NCBI GenBank assembly: GCA_964016885.1
Contig: OZ024740.1
Span: 119,226,001 to 119,290,000, forward strand
Length of the DNA stretch: 64,000 nt
Direction of reading: 5' to 3'
Origin: Eledone cirrhosa
Lineage: Eukaryota
In this document: positions 37,136 through 52,116 of the stretch, in pieces
How positions within the stretch are numbered: the stretch's first letter is position 1
How the letters are laid out: every line of letters begins with the position of its first letter
Made by a program: the position numbers and the translations under genes
The notes under the pieces: model-generated
The model's input: only the letters and a program-made list of their open reading frames with translations
Told to the model about the DNA's origin: nothing
The model's database searches: none

Positions 37136-39378
37136 TAAGGAATGAATCTGTAAACAGATTTGATGAACAAAAACCTTCCATCATAATTCTTTGAAAAAAA
37201 CTTTGTATGTTATGTTCCAAACACTAGCTTGACATCTTAGTTTTTTTTTGTATTTAACGTTTATATATATATATTACTTATCAATTCCAATTACATGCAT
37301 TAACTGAACTTTTGTGTGTAAAATTTGTAATTTGCTGTGTAATTTAATATTTTGCTGTGTAATTTAATATTTGCTGTGTAATTTAATATCCTTGTTTTTT
37401 TTATTTTTACTGTATTTGTTTTGAATAGGTAATGATTGTTTTTGGAAAAGCTGGTACAATGCCAATTAGAAATACAAGAGTGAAAATTAGAAAACAATCA
37501 GCAGTTTAAATTTGTTACTTATAGTTCTTGATATTTTGAAGTTAGGATGACTTTTTCAAGAAACCAAAATATGTGGAGTCTGTTGTTGATGATGACCGGT
37601 GTTCTATTGATAAAAGATTGGGTTAGTTACAATAGCCAATCAACATCATATGATCCATGGCTGCTGTTTAAGATTAGTTAAGTTCTAAAATAGCCTTTCT
37701 GATCCTGAAAGTTCCAATGTTTTGTTCAATAGCCTCTACTGTGATTTTGATATTTTGAGTGTCAGATTACTGCAGGTGTGTTTATTACTACATTGATCAA
37801 TATATTTTCCAAATGTTCAAGAAAGTAGAGTGTGATTTTTAGCAGATTCGGCTGCTATTTTAAACATATCAATTAACCACGAATAGGTTTCCACAATGGC
37901 TTATGTAAGGAAGATGATCTAGGAGAGTATTGTTATGTGAGATCAGAAAATAGTAAAACTCAAAGAGGCAGACAGGAGACAAGGAAAGATAATGTACTGC
38001 AAATCACCACATGCTATTATGGAAAAATAAATAATAAAATTATTACATTAATAATGATGTTGGTGAGAAGGTGATGGAGAAATGAAGGAGTAGGAAAGGT
38101 TGTTAATGATGATGATCATGATTATTATCATGGTCAGGCATTTAAAATATTTCCTTTCATCACTTTGTCTGAATTTGTACCAATGGTCTCAGAATTTGGC
38201 AAAGCCATCTGAAGAATAAAATAAAATAAATAAATAAATATGTAAATAAACAAACAAACAAACAAATAAATAAATAAATAGATGTGAAAATATTTTGAGT
38301 TTAAGCCAAATGTGTTTATCTGAAGAGGCATCAATAATAAAAACAAAATATTAGAGAGATGAATTATGGAAGTGAACGATAATTTAGAAATTGTTGTTAA
38401 GCAGTTTTATTGTTAAATTTCAAACGATATATGAAAGAAATAACATCAACAAACAATTAAAGTAACAAAATAACAATAACAGCACCATCAACAACAAATA
38501 AACAAGTTGGAAAACTAAAGTAATACTGAAATAACATAAAAGCATTTCTTAAAAAATAAAAAGATAAACAAATAAAAAACAGAAGAAAAAAAAAACAAAA
38601 AAAAACAGACAAAATCAGATAGTCGTAAAACACTCATTACTTGTGGGTGAGATACTTGATAAATGTGTTTTTGATATTACTTCACTTGGCTTAACCAGAG
38701 AACCTGTCTGTTGCTGGTGTTAGATATGATAATTAAATAACAGACATGCAACAGCAGAAATGTAAAAAAAGTTACGCCTCTCACTGTTACCATTCATTTG
38801 TACTGTAGCTTCTCTCATAAAAGTGTTTTCATATTCATAGAAAAACAAACAAAAGAAAAACAAAAAAACAATGTTCATTCTGTTGCAAGTATCATCATCA
38901 CAACAAAATAATTTTCATCATCATCATCATCATCAACATAATTTTCTCTGTCATCATTATTGTCTTTAAGTTCTTAGCTACCATCATCATTATTTTTACA
39001 AAATATCAACAATACCAGAAATATATTCATCATCTCAAAAATCAACAGCATCAGAAATATCATTCTCAAAAACATCATCATCATCATCTTTGTTGTCATT
39101 ATGGTTGTCATCATCAAAATCATTTTCTTCCCAATCGTTATATTTAAGAAAATGACAAACATTAACATCACTTCCATCATTTGTCCTTCAGCATGCAGCA
39201 ACAAAATTAATATCAGATATACCCATTGTTATTTTTATTTAACCTTTTGGTCAATTTTAATCAAACAGACCTAAGATCAAAGGTATTCCTGTTTTGAAAA
39301 GTCCATAATTTATGAGACAATATTTGATCTGGGAGAAATTTACCTCTAATTTCTAGCAGATAGAGCAACAGTATGAAG

Positions 39379-40271
39379 CAATGGTTTCCAATCTTTTTAC
39401 TACAAAGACACCTTTTATTTAAAATCATTTTCCCATAGATCCACAGCTACAATGGTGGTTTGTTATGCTTGGTGTTACATTGGACAACCAGCAGCTGTAA
39501 AATCACAGACAAAACACAGGTCTCACTATCTACAAGGTCTAGTGCAACCGACTTGACAGACCTTCCTCATAACATGTCCACCCAGCTACTAAAATACAAT
39601 TCTGCTATAAGCAAGGTTTAGTACAACTAACTGACCAGACCCTTCTCATGGGTCACACAGTAAAGGTGGTTGGTGTTAGGAAGGGCATCCAGCTGTAATA
39701 ATTGTTTCTACTTTTGGCACAAGGCCAGCAAATACCCAGGGCATTACTGGTACTTTATTTTATCGACCCTGTAAGGATGAAAAGCAAAGTGAACTTCGAC
39801 GGGTTTTGAACTCAGACCGTAAAGGGACGTAACTATGCTGAAAAGCATGCCGTCCGACCCTCTACTGATACTGCCAATTCACCAATAACAGCTAAAATAG
39901 TTCCGTTTGAGCAAAGTATGGTGTGGCCAAATGTCCAACCCTCATAATGACGGGACTACACAGTTTTACACTGTAAATATGGTTGGTGTTAGGAAGGGCA
40001 TCCAGCTATAAAACACCAACCAAAATATAGTTCCACTTGAGCAAGGTATGGTGTGGCCAACTGGCCAGACTTGCCTCATAATGTGAACAACCTGTCTAAC
40101 CCATGCAAGCATGGGAAATAAGATGTTAAACAGTAATGATGATGATGAGAAAAAAGTTTATACTTAGGGAATGGATACCCAGTAGTGTGTTGATATATTT
40201 TTAACAAAGTATTGAAATTAATAATTAATTAATGATCAGGTATCTGCAGATCACAAGTTGGGAACTGTTGG
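39379..40271. mobile_element. Possible hAT/Charlie-like MITE with nested RTE tail and SINE (39700-39885, minus)
   Basis: Ends caatggtttccaa / gttgggaactgttg form an imperfect TIR. No clear TSD. The nested SINE and RTE tail are clear. Confidence 0.4.
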
Positions 40272-41101
40272 AGTAGAGACTCTATCATTATCTTATGTTC
40301 TATGGGGTCGTGTGTGTTAAACGTGTTCCACAGCATTCCTACCACTCTTTCTCAACCTCAGTATATACTTTCAAATAGCTTATCCAATGTTTATGTTCTG
40401 CTGTAACAGTTGTTCTTCTTTTCATTTAGTGCTACTATTAAATGTTTTCATTTTTTTAACTAATCAGGCTTATGGAAGTAAATCAAATCCACAGGCCATC
40501 AACATAAATAAAACTTAATGGTCAGTATATCTTGTGATCCTGGCCAACAGGAGAGTGAAAATATTACCCTGGAGGATGGTGAGAGAGATGGGATGGAACA
40601 ACCATTCCACCTTGCAGGGCTTGCTGTTAGTTTACAACTGTTTGATTCCCTTAATTCTCTATCGTCTATTCTTTTTAATCCTCATTTTTACTTATAGCTA
40701 TGTACTAAATATCATGTTAATATTTTCTTCATCTACCCAGTTCATTGTCATCTGCATTGCCTTCTACCAATAATTGACTGTGAGGCCGTTTTGGAACCTG
40801 ATTTCTATATCTACCGTTGGGGCACTCCCAGTTTCTTGTTACACATATCATACCATCCAGGCAGATTGTAGAGTAAGTACAAGATGGGCATTTGAGGTGG
40901 TCAACCAGTTTTAGAGAATTGCTTTTAGTTTTATCTAAAAATGGTTGTTGAGTGTCATTCTTCTAAGATATAATATTTTAAATCTGCTGACATTAACTAT
41001 TATAATTACATATACCTAAAGAGTGAGGAAAAGCTGAATAAATTGTGTTTCAGACAGCAACATAAATCTTAGCCATTAGTCATTTATCATAGTGCTGTAT
41101 T

Positions 41102-41550
41102 CGGTGGCGGACTGGCCAGCTTCCAGGTTGCCTAATGGCATTGTGGGAAGCCCACTGTAGTATTTTAGGGGCCAATGCTTTGCTTTCAAAAAATATCTGA
41201 AGTTTTAGAGAAATAATAACAATTTTTTTTAAAATATATAAAACAATTAAGCAAAGTATTTGGTCAAACAATTCCCGAGGGAATTAATAGAAACCAAAAT
41301 ATATGACAGTGCAAGTTTGTACTAAATTCATAGCTTATTGTATTCATTGATTCATGCACACATACATAGACACACACACATGCACATATATATATATATG
41401 CATGTGTGCTTATGTATGCATATATATATATATATAAATACATACACTCAAACGGCTGGCTAAATAATTTTTGGTATCAATGGGTTAAAGACATATGTCA
41501 GATCAATTAGTGGTGAAGGTGGTGGAATTTGTAAACATTTTCACAGTATA

Positions 41551-41581
<31 letters not shown>

Positions 41582-42331
41582 CATTTTTTTTTCATTTTTA
41601 CGTCCGCTTTTCCATGCTTGCAAGGGTGAGATGGGAACAGCTTCTGGCTTGATTTCTACAGCTGGATGCCCTTCCTAACAACAACCTCATTTACAGTGAG
41701 TGCTGGGTGTTTTTGGCCGTGGCACCTCCATGACCACTTTGCAGTGAACTGGAGCAATTTGAAATAAAGTGTCTTGCTCAAAGAAACAACACATCACCCG
41801 GTCTGAGAATTGACCTCACAACCTTTCGATTGCAAGGCCAATGCTCTAACCACTAAGCCATGCGCCTCCTATATATATATACACACATACACAAACATAT
41901 ATTCATACACATACACATATATATATTGAGTGAATATGAAAGACCAAAGGTCATTATTGAAAGTTTCTGGATGTGGATATTTTGCAAGGTACTTTATATT
42001 TGTTACTGGACAAGTTAAGAACGATCACTTGCATAATTTACTCTAAATAGTATACTATACATTCACAATTATTTAAAGTTTCAAATATAACATTCTGTAT
42101 TTACATTTCGTATTACTGTATACTACAAGTAATATGTATAGTATATACACACTATAATTAGTAAATGATACACATCTTTTCTGCAAAAATTTGATTGCAC
42201 TGTTTTGTTTTCACTTACGTATTTCTTGAAAAGCTAATTTATTCATTATAAAAATTAAATAATAGCATTCTATATGTGGGTGGGCCCCTTTATCGCCTGG
42301 CAACTAATATTTTTAGACCCAGCCTGCCACT
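41102..42331. mobile_element. Possible non-autonomous DNA transposon with nested SINE
   Basis: Terminal cggtggcggactgg / ccagcctgccact, with subterminal ccaggttgcc/cgcctgg and ggggcc/gggcccc. Confidence 0.45.
41580..41868 (-). mobile_element. tRNA-derived SINE with RTE tail
   Basis: Second copy of 1876-2195, with a complete head ggaggcgcatggcttagtggttagagc. Confidence 0.85.
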
Positions 42332-43063
42332 TTACTTAAGAAGTTAGTTATTATTGTTGTTTTTGTCAGCCATGATTGAAAAGACATATGATCAAAAGTA
42401 TTCCAGTCATGATCACCATATCTTTAGTATATGTTAATGAATACATTACTTTGTACTTTTTTTGAAGATGATAGTGTATGATTTGAGAGAGATTTGATTA
42501 CTATTTCTTTCATAACATGAAATTTCATAAAAATCAGCTATGGAAAGCCACAGAAGTTTTGCATAAATAATGAGTGTTTTATAAAGATTGCATTGGTGAA
42601 TTGAAACCTTAACACAATTAGAGCTTCAATTATGTATGAGACAGATTTTGGCAAACCTTAGATATACTGCGGGGGAGAATGCAGTGATCAATGCTCACTA
42701 ATCAATGATCACTGATCAATGATCCAATGGATCAGAGATTTATAATCATTACAACATCACTTTAATCTACTGTTTGATAAATAATATATATTAACATTGA
42801 TATAACTAATACTGTTTGGTACTTTCTTTATTCAAATTGCATCACATATATAGCTTATGTTGTCATAATATTTAGAGCATTGTCATTATGTATAGCAATT
42901 TTGAGTTATGGTTCTTTACCTTTTCAATTCAAATCCTGCTATGGTAAACTTAGCTTTTCATCTTTCTGAGGTTGGTAAAATGAAGTACCAGTAAAATAAA
43001 TATTGATGTATCAATTAATACATACAGGGAAAAGCGGACGTAAAATGATGATGATGATGATGA

Positions 43064-43107
<44 letters not shown>

Positions 43108-43178
43108 TGTATATGTATATATATATATACGTGTATATATGTATATATATATATCTATATATATATATATATATATAT

Positions 43179-45010
43179 CATCATCATCATCATCACTGTT
43201 TTATGTCCATTGTTCCACACTAGCATGGGTTAGACAGGTTGCCTGTTGTGGGCAATGCCACATCAGGTGACCATGTCTTGCTCATACATAATTGATTTAG
43301 GCTTGATTTCTTCAGCTGGATGCCCTTCCTAACACCAACCTCATTTACAGTGTGGACTGGGTGCTTTTTGTTGTGACACCTACACAACCACTTTACACTG
43401 GGAGGGGCGGGGGCATACTCTCTATATGCTTCAGCTTCGGCTTGTACCTGTGGGAAGTCGGGTCTTCTGTATTACTGCATAATTCCAGAGGTCTCGGTCC
43501 TGTGTCATCGCCTTTGAGAGGTGCAATTGGGCAAGGTCAGCTTTTATCACCTTATCCCATGTCTTCTTGGGTTGCCCCACTCCAAGGCTTCCATCGACTT
43601 TTAGTGCTTTGCACTTTTTTATGCAGCTGTCATCCTTCATATGCATCATATGTCCATACCATCAGAACCTCCTCTCCTGCACACAGCATTTGATTCCTCT
43701 TGTGCTTAGTCTCTCTCAATTCCTTTATGCTTTGCCATTCACGTATATTACTATTACACATACATCAGAGCATGCAATCTTCATTTCTTTCTAATCTACA
43801 TAAATCTTCTACACACAACGCCCAGGTCTCACTACCATGTAACTTTGCTGTTCGTAGGCACGCATCATACAGTCTGCCTTTCATTTGAGGGAAAAGCCTT
43901 TTGCAGCTAGCAGTGGTAGTAGCTCCCTGAACTTCTTCCATCTCCTTCTTACCCTGGTTACTGTACTTACAGAACACTCACCTCCACTGCTAATTTGGTC
44001 ACCTAGGTAGCAGAAGCCGTCTACTGTTTCTACAGAGCCCTCCCAGTGTTTGGAGATGTAATGCCTTCATTCTTAACTAAACTTCCTGAGATCCCACTTC
44101 ATCTCTTGTGTACCCATAGTTTGCATTTGGAGCAGAGGATGGAATTCCTACCTACATCTTTCTTACATACTGAGCAGGGCTATTTCTTCGAGGGGATCTG
44201 GGTTCTCTTTTCTCGTCTACTTACGAGGATCTTAGATTTTGTCAGGTTGACTTTGAGACCCCTGCTTTCTTGTCCCTGCTTCCATGTTTGAAATTTGTTG
44301 TCTAGTTCTGCCATAGATTCAGCTATAAGTGTAAGATCATCTGCATATAGAAGTTCCCATGGACATCTGGTCTTAAATCCTCTGTTATAGCCTGTAATAC
44401 GATAATAAACAGGAGAGGGCTAATAACAGAGCCCTGGTGGAACCAACCTGTATGCTAAATTCCTCGCTATAGTCATTGTTAACCTTAACTTTGCTGACTG
44501 CTCCTCTATACATGGCTTGTACAGCCTTCACATGCCATTCATCAACTCCTAGTTTTCTAAGAACCCACCAGATTATAGCACGTGGCACTTTGTCAAATGC
44601 TTATTTCCAGATCGACAAATGCCTGGTAGAGCGGCTTACTTTTAGCTAGGTACTTTTTCTGTAACTGCCTCACATGGAAGAGAGCATCGCTGGTGCTTTT
44701 GCTTGGCACAAACCCAAACTGCATCTCATCTAGTTTTACCCAGTCTCTAATCAGCTGTGCTATAACTCTTTGTTACATTCATGACCTGGTCAATCAGCTT
44801 TATACCTCTATAGTTTCCTCTATCTAGTGCATCTCTTATACTCTTGTACCAGTTGACAATGATACTGCTGTGCCAATCCTTTGGTATGACACCCTCTAGT
44901 ATTACTTGGTTAACAATACGTGTAGTTATGGTGTGACCTACTGACACAGATGCTTTCAGCTATACCCGATGGACCGTTTGCCTTCCCAGTGTTCATGTCT
45001 TTAATTGCCA
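43179..45010 (-). mobile_element. 5'-truncated RTE LINE (RT with YADD and PHD finger, 3' UTR)
   Basis: GNYRGIKLIDQ; WWVLRKLGVDEW; LLYADDL (~44340); PCSVCKK..GRNSILCSKCKLWVHKR; LHGSETW. (cat)n tail. Confidence 0.92.
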
Positions 45011-47484
45011 CCATCAGTATCACTCCACCAACAACAGAAACAAGAGCAGCAACAGTAACCATGACAATGAGAAAAATGAGAAAATAGCTAGCCAGTCAAC
45101 AAGTCTATTAAGCACTGAGCTGACAAGCCAGATAGCAAACCAGTCATCTAGTGAATGACAGATTTACAAAAAATGGAAGATGTTGTCAGCAACATGAAAA
45201 GCACTCCCACACAACTAGCCCTTTATTTCACAGTAGCAGCACAATATGCAAAGAAATTGATCATTAATCATGAAGAACTAATGTCACTGAAGAAAATGGA
45301 AGAGAAGAGTGGCAAGAGGTGTAGAAGTTAGTGTTTTGTTTGAAAGCAACAACAATTTAATTTGCCATTGGATTGTTCTGGAGACAGAAAATAATGAGTG
45401 ACAGGGAATGATCAGTGAGATAAAGGCAATCTACCATCTGGCACTCTACCTGGCCAACATAAAGGGCAAGTCACAATGATTATTTTAAGCAGCAGTCTAG
45501 GTTAGAGGAGATGCAAGCAAAGGAGTCTGAAATATGGAAGATATGGCTGTTGAATTCAATAAGGGTGGTTATTGTGGTATTGGGGATGAACGGGCATGTG
45601 GGCAACAGCATTGTGACAAGGACAAAATTTAGATGGTTTTAGAAAGGTTTTCGGTGGGGAACTGTGAATCAAGAAGTCATGAAGGTTGCTGGCTTGCTTG
45701 AATGAAGGTGAAGTGTGTGGGGAAACATGTAGTGATGTGGAATCATATTGGAGAAAGCAGAAAGCCTGCATCATTTTATGATAGGACATATTGAGTGACC
45801 TCATGAAAATCACCACTATAAAATAGCAAATTTTGCATTAATAATAAGATTTTTTTGAATGAAAATTGCAATAATGAGTTAAATATTTAAACTTAAAAGT
45901 TTTAAATATGCATGAGATAGATTTTGGCAGGCGAAGAAAGACTTTCAAGACTGATGTGAGGGTGGAATTGAGGGAGGTATCAACCTGAATGCTGCCTGAA
46001 TGCTTACAATAAGGTGAACTCCATATAATGCACCTAAGTGGTATCAAACTGAGTGGAAGATCCCTATAATACATCTTGAAAATGACAAAAATTAAATTAG
46101 AAGATATAAACAAAAATATTGACAGCTGATGAGAAGCTAAATTCTAAATGTGTTTCTCAGGTGACTATCGTAAATTATTCTTGAAAGAAAATCTAAATCT
46201 GTTCAATCTTGAACAATAAATTCAACATAAATATTAATGAATAATGTTTGAATCGTTATTTAGAATTTCTAATAAATTTCTTACATTTCTATGAAGATAA
46301 CATATCTATTAACATTGTCATAACTAAATCTGAAAGAAAAGCTTTTTGTTTACATGATTAGAAAATACTACAAGCCTAATAAGTATATAATATAATTTTT
46401 GTCCTGCAATTGGTGTACAGTGCCTATATCTGAGACCTCTACTCACACAAATATCTAATGTCCCATCCCTTGCCAAAATAGACTAACCAGCTAATTGGTA
46501 AATTTTCTCTCAGCAAAACATTGAGTATTGTCTCTTCTTTCTGTACTGAAACTATAATAGATTTTTAGGTCTTTAAATTAGTACATCTATCTAATTCTTC
46601 CCTAACATTTGCTGAATTTATGCATCCAAATACAGGACTAAGTGTTTTATTGATATTGTCTCTCAAATTACATCCTTCTGAAAAAGCAAACTGTCTATAT
46701 TTTCCCTATGATCTATCAATCTAAAGAAGTTGAACATCATTGCATAACCAAAATGTCTAAGCGTATATACAAATTCATGTGCATTACTCCATATCCTGTT
46801 GCTAAATAACAAAAAAGATACACACAGCTGGATTTGGCACATACATAATCCTGATACACAGCGCATAAAGACAAGATGGTGTAAAACAGAACAATGAAGA
46901 GACACAAAGTAACAAAGGTAGTCACTGAAGAAGCTACAAAATATGTGACAAAAAAGCTTTGACAATCAACAACTATAAAATTATCCAGTTATTAAACTAA
47001 CCAATTGAAAATTATAATAATAAATTGTAGTGAAATTCAACTGGTGCATGTATTTTAATTGGAAGTATACCCCTCCCAATAATAACAAAATATATATAAC
47101 ATGCAACATCCCTCATATAATCAACATTCATAGCTTGAGATCCTACACAAGTATTGTTACCAAAGTAGAATTTGAAATAAAATGGCAAAGAGCTGAAACA
47201 AAATACAAGGAGTCTTAGTATACTGTACCAAATGCAACAGCAATAGCAAGTCATTTCTGACAAGAACAAAACAACCCTATGACAAAACAACCCTAAAGAT
47301 TGAAGCTTCTATTATTATAGTGCAAAGTTTTACTATGATAATATAAACATTTATAGACATTGATACTATAAACATTTGAATTAACAATCCAGATTTTTAA
47401 CAATACTGCTAAATGATTAGAGGAAATTTAGTGTTAAACTATCATTATAATATTTCTGCCACTACATCAAATTACAGTAAAGAA

Positions 47485-47670
47485 ATAATTGTTTCTACTT
47501 TTGGCACAAGGCCAGCAATTATCTCAGTGTATTACTGGTACTTTATTTTATTGACCCCGTAAGGATGAAAGGCAAAGTTAACTTCGGCAGGATATGAACT
47601 CAGACCATAAAGGACTGTAACTCTTTGCTGCAAAGCATGGCATCCAACCCTCTACCGATACTGCCAATGA
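47485..47670 (-). mobile_element. SINE (ttgcctttcatcctt family)
   Basis: Same sequence as 7568-7745. Confidence 0.8.
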
Positions 47671-48671
47671 AATAATAATCACTAAATCTGTTTATAGTGT
47701 GGATAGAGTGATCATACATTATTCATTATTTGTGAATGATGTTTTCATTAAGGAAAAGAAATACTTACTCTACAGACACTAGATTTTAATATCTTACAAT
47801 TTCAAAATTGTCAGAGAAATATTTTTCTTATCGTGATAACAATTTGAAAGATACTTTCTATTAAATCTCCAACAATTCTGTTTGTTTCCATGAGGTGTAG
47901 TTTATAATGAAAGACATGTGTACTCTTTTGTTATTAATCCCTATATGAGGTAACAGTCAGCAGTTTCACTAAATATAGTTTTGTATTTGACTAGATTCTT
48001 ATTAGCTTGGAAAATGTGTCGTTAGCAGAGTATCTCTTGATCAGAATCAGTCACTATTTTTGTGATCTTATTAAATGAGTTAAAGTTCTTTATGTTCCCT
48101 CACTTGCAACTTCTCTGTTAACACCTATTATTTTGGATTATTCATGGAAATTTTGTGCTGGTTAAAACAACATAATTATTGAGGAATATTCAATGGAAAA
48201 TATTAAAGAAATTGTTTTACAAGGTAGGCTTAGATAAGTGATAATGCCACAAACACAAGCATACGTTAAATGCTCACATACACAAACATCAGGCATAGGT
48301 TTGCGTATACACTTACACAGTGCATGAATATAGAAATATGAAAGATATTTTATACATATGAACCCATATACATATAACTCCATACAGATATATGAAGCTA
48401 TCTTTTCACCAACGCATAGCAATGAAAACAATATAACAAGCATATAGAAATATATATGCATGCACAATGACAGGTATATTTCATGCATATGTATATTTAT
48501 ACACTCGAATATTTGCACACATACACAAATGCAGTCATATATATTGACATGTGCACACACACTCCAATGAATTCAAATATATATATATGTATATATATAT
48601 ATTTATACAAGCGTTAAACTAATAAGATTTTGTATTAGTGTAACTCTGTGTTTATTTTGTTTAACTTGAAC

Positions 48672-48702
<31 letters not shown>

Positions 48703-48749
48703 ATATATATATATATATAAGTATATGTATGTGTGTGTATATATATACG

Positions 48750-48819
<70 letters not shown>

Positions 48820-49229
48820 CACATACATATATATATGTGTATGTGTGTATATATATATATGTGTGTATGTGTATATATATATATAAATGCATATACCCCC
48901 ACACACATGTACATAAACATTAACTTATATAGGCTAAAGTTTAGAAATTGTTGTTGAATAATTAACTAGCAATGTACTATGATTCACCTTTAAGTTGAGT
49001 AATTATAATTATAGTGAAACTTTACATGCCCAAGATTGGATTAACACTATTTTCATTCAACAAAAGGTGTTTAAATAAGATAAAATAAGTACATTGTACT
49101 TTGCCTTAATTCAATGAGGAAATTTCAAATTGTTTGATCTTGTTCATGATAGAATTTGTTTTATAATTGTTGTTCACTTATATGCCATTAAACACAGAAA
49201 GTCTACTTTATCTATCTATCTATCTCTAT

Positions 49230-49266
<37 letters not shown>

Positions 49267-49294
49267 ACAATAAAGACTGGCATAACACACAAAT

Positions 49295-51289
49295 TATTAT
49301 TATTGTTCTTTGAGTCTCAGTCATTGATGTTATTTAACTGGAAAGTTTGTTGAAATGATTATCAAGCCACTACCTGCGGTCTCAGATATTCAGGACGTAT
49401 CGGAGGGTTCTTGCTGTTCCCAGCAACCATGCCTTTTGAAGTGTTCCAAAAAGCGGGGCGGGACGAATTTTCTTTAACTACCCTTGGAAACTCTTTGAGA
49501 TAGTACCTAGTGCGCCTATGACTATCGGGATCACTTTGACTTCATGGCAGTTCCAAATCCTTTTTAACTGCCATTTTAAGCATCCGTTAATTTTATTGGT
49601 ATCCGTTAATTTTTTCCCTCTCTTTTTCTTGCACTCTCGTGTCAAATGGGCAGGCTACATCTACAATCAGGCACAATCTTTTTTCTTTGTCCAAAACTAC
49701 CAGGTCAGGTCTATTGTGTTCCAGTTTCTTGTCCGTCTGTATCCTAAAATCCCATAGCACCTTCACCTGATCGTTTTCTATCACCGACTCTGGCTTATGC
49801 TCATACCACTTCTCAGAATGTGGTAAATTGTTTACTTTGCATAGGTGCCAGTGGATCACCCTGCCCATCAGATCATGTCTCCAGCCTTTATAGTGAGTCT
49901 GGGCTAGGTGTTTACACTCAGATACAATGTGAGCCACAGTCTCCTCTCTCCCTCCACAGATCCTACATAGTGAGCTACACTCCTCTTTGTCAATATGGTG
50001 TTTCACCCACTTTGTTCTGAGGGCTTGCTCTTGCGCAGCCATTAGCATTCCTCCTGTAGCTTTTTTAATGTCTCCTCTTTTTATACAGTTCCATGTCTGT
50101 GGATCTCGAAATTCAGTTTTCTTAAACAAGGTACTATGAACGGATTTCTCATGAAGGTTGGTCTTCCTCCTTGTTGTTATTTCCTCCTTGGACATCCGCT
50201 GGTCTATTGTCTTCTCCTTCAGTACAATATTGAGCATTGGCTCCCTACTGTCATGTTGTAGATAGTCAATAACTTCCTAGTCTTCCTATCCATTTCTTTT
50301 TGTTTGGCAACATTCCATTTCAGAATTCCCGCACTGTACCTAATAATAGACACAGCTCGGGAATTCACTGCACTTATGATATTCCTACTATTTAGATGTG
50401 ATTTTAATACGCTCCTTACTCTTCTTATGTACTCAGATCTTATCAATTCCTTCATTTTTTTTGTTCTTGATGTCATCTGCCTCCAGAACACCTAAATATT
50501 TGAATCCTTCTTCAGTGCCAATTTCCTTTATCATTTCACCTGGTGGTACCTGGATTATGTTGCTTCTGCTCAATTTACCCCTCTTCATCACTTGGACTCC
50601 ACACTTATTAATATCAAATTCCAAACATATATCATTGCTGCAATTACGGATAGTGTCAATAAGTACATCCATCTCTTTCTCACTCTTCCCAAAGAGCTTA
50701 AGATCGTCCATGAAGAGGAGGTGGTTGATGGTAAGCTCTCCTTTTCCCAACTTGTATCCTGCTCTCAGTTTTTGCAATATAACGGTCAGGGCAAGGACAA
50801 ACAAAAGAGGGGACAAACTATCTCCATGATCTTCATGCCTCCCAAGGATTCTCCATCCGATGTTAACTCTGTTTCCCAGGACTTCATACTTTTGCTCAAC
50901 AACTGTCTGATGTTATCTGCCACCTTGAAGATCTCTAGGCTTTTGGTTACCCAAGAATGAGGTACCATGTCGAATGCCTTTTTGTAATCTATCCATACCA
51001 TGGCAAGACCAGTGTGCCTCCTCTTACAATTCCTCATTACCATTTTATCAATAAGTAACTGGTCTTTCGTACCACGGGACTTCTTTCGGCATCCTTTCTG
51101 TCCGCCCGGTAACAAGTTGTTTATGTGGAGGTGATGGTAGATTTCCTCAGACACAATGCTTATTAACAGTTTCCACATTAGGGACAAACATGTGATAGGC
51201 CTAGAGATGGTAACATTATTACCGTTGATTTGGTCTTTCATTACCAGAACTGTGGTACCTTTTGTCAACCACTCTGGCACTTCACCCGA

Positions 51290-51290
<1 letters not shown>
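49295..51290 (-). mobile_element. R4/Dong-type RLE LINE, 5'-truncated
   Basis: [60 protein letters not shown] (CCHC), RHD, RPDL...DVACP..EK (RLE). 3' end in (AAT)n. Confidence 0.93.
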
Positions 51291-51334
<44 letters not shown>

Positions 51335-51387
51335 GTAAGTATGTATATATACGTACATACATATATGTATACAGACGTACAGTAGCA

Positions 51388-51429
<42 letters not shown>

Positions 51430-51578
51430 CAGGTACACATATATATATGTACGTATCAGTTTAGCGAAAGTTTATTATAAAGCCCGCTTTGTCCGTTTGT
51501 AAACAAGCGAACAGCCTGATTTATGCCATACGGTGTTAAAGCAACCACGTCACCTTTCTGTTCAACACTGACACAGGA

Positions 51579-51621
51579 ACGATGTACTAGTTTCAAGCTT
51601 GTTAGCTATCATCAGCACCGT
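51579..51621 (-). ncRNA. Minimal type I hammerhead, array copy 1
   Basis: acggtg CTGATGA t-agct-aaca-agct-t GAAA CTAG TA catcgt. Confidence 0.8.
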
Positions 51622-51860
51622 ATACCCTTCTGCCAGATAGTTGAACGTTCGAATGTATATACCTTCCTTATGAAAATTAACGGCTGAGGAGCCTAATTTG
51701 CATATCGATTGAGTTCAGTCGGCCAGGAGGCGTACCGAAAACGATCAGTTGTAACATAATGAAACGAAATTTCATTTCTCACTCTTAGTACGGCACTTGA
51801 CTTAAATGTAAGTATGTATGTATACGTACATACATATATGTATACAGACGTACAGTAGCA

Positions 51861-51914
<54 letters not shown>

Positions 51915-52073
51915 CATACAGGTACACACATATATATATATATGTACGTATCAGTTTAGCGAACGTTTATTATAACGCCCGCTTTGTCCGTTTGTAAACA
52001 AGCAAACAGCCTGATTTATGCCATACGGTGTTAAGGCAACCACGTCACCTTTTTGTTCAACACTGACACAGGA

Positions 52074-52116
52074 ACGATGTACTAGTTTCAAGCTCGTTAG
52101 CTATCATCAGCACCGT
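52074..52116 (-). ncRNA. Minimal type I hammerhead, array copy 2
   Basis: As copy 1, with loop II aacg. Confidence 0.8.

Noticed and set aside
41830-41868. tRNA-like A/B boxes in SINE heads as tRNA genes
   Set aside because: No complete cloverleaf, and they continue into SINE bodies.
45400-46110. Possible additional Penelope remnant (NLHDFLIHS...CPC) on the minus strand
   Set aside because: Too decayed to support without an HMM search.
46120-46985. CTGATGA (46126) and CTGAAGA (46925) followed by small hairpins
   Set aside because: The GAAA/helix III/stem I combination is missing.
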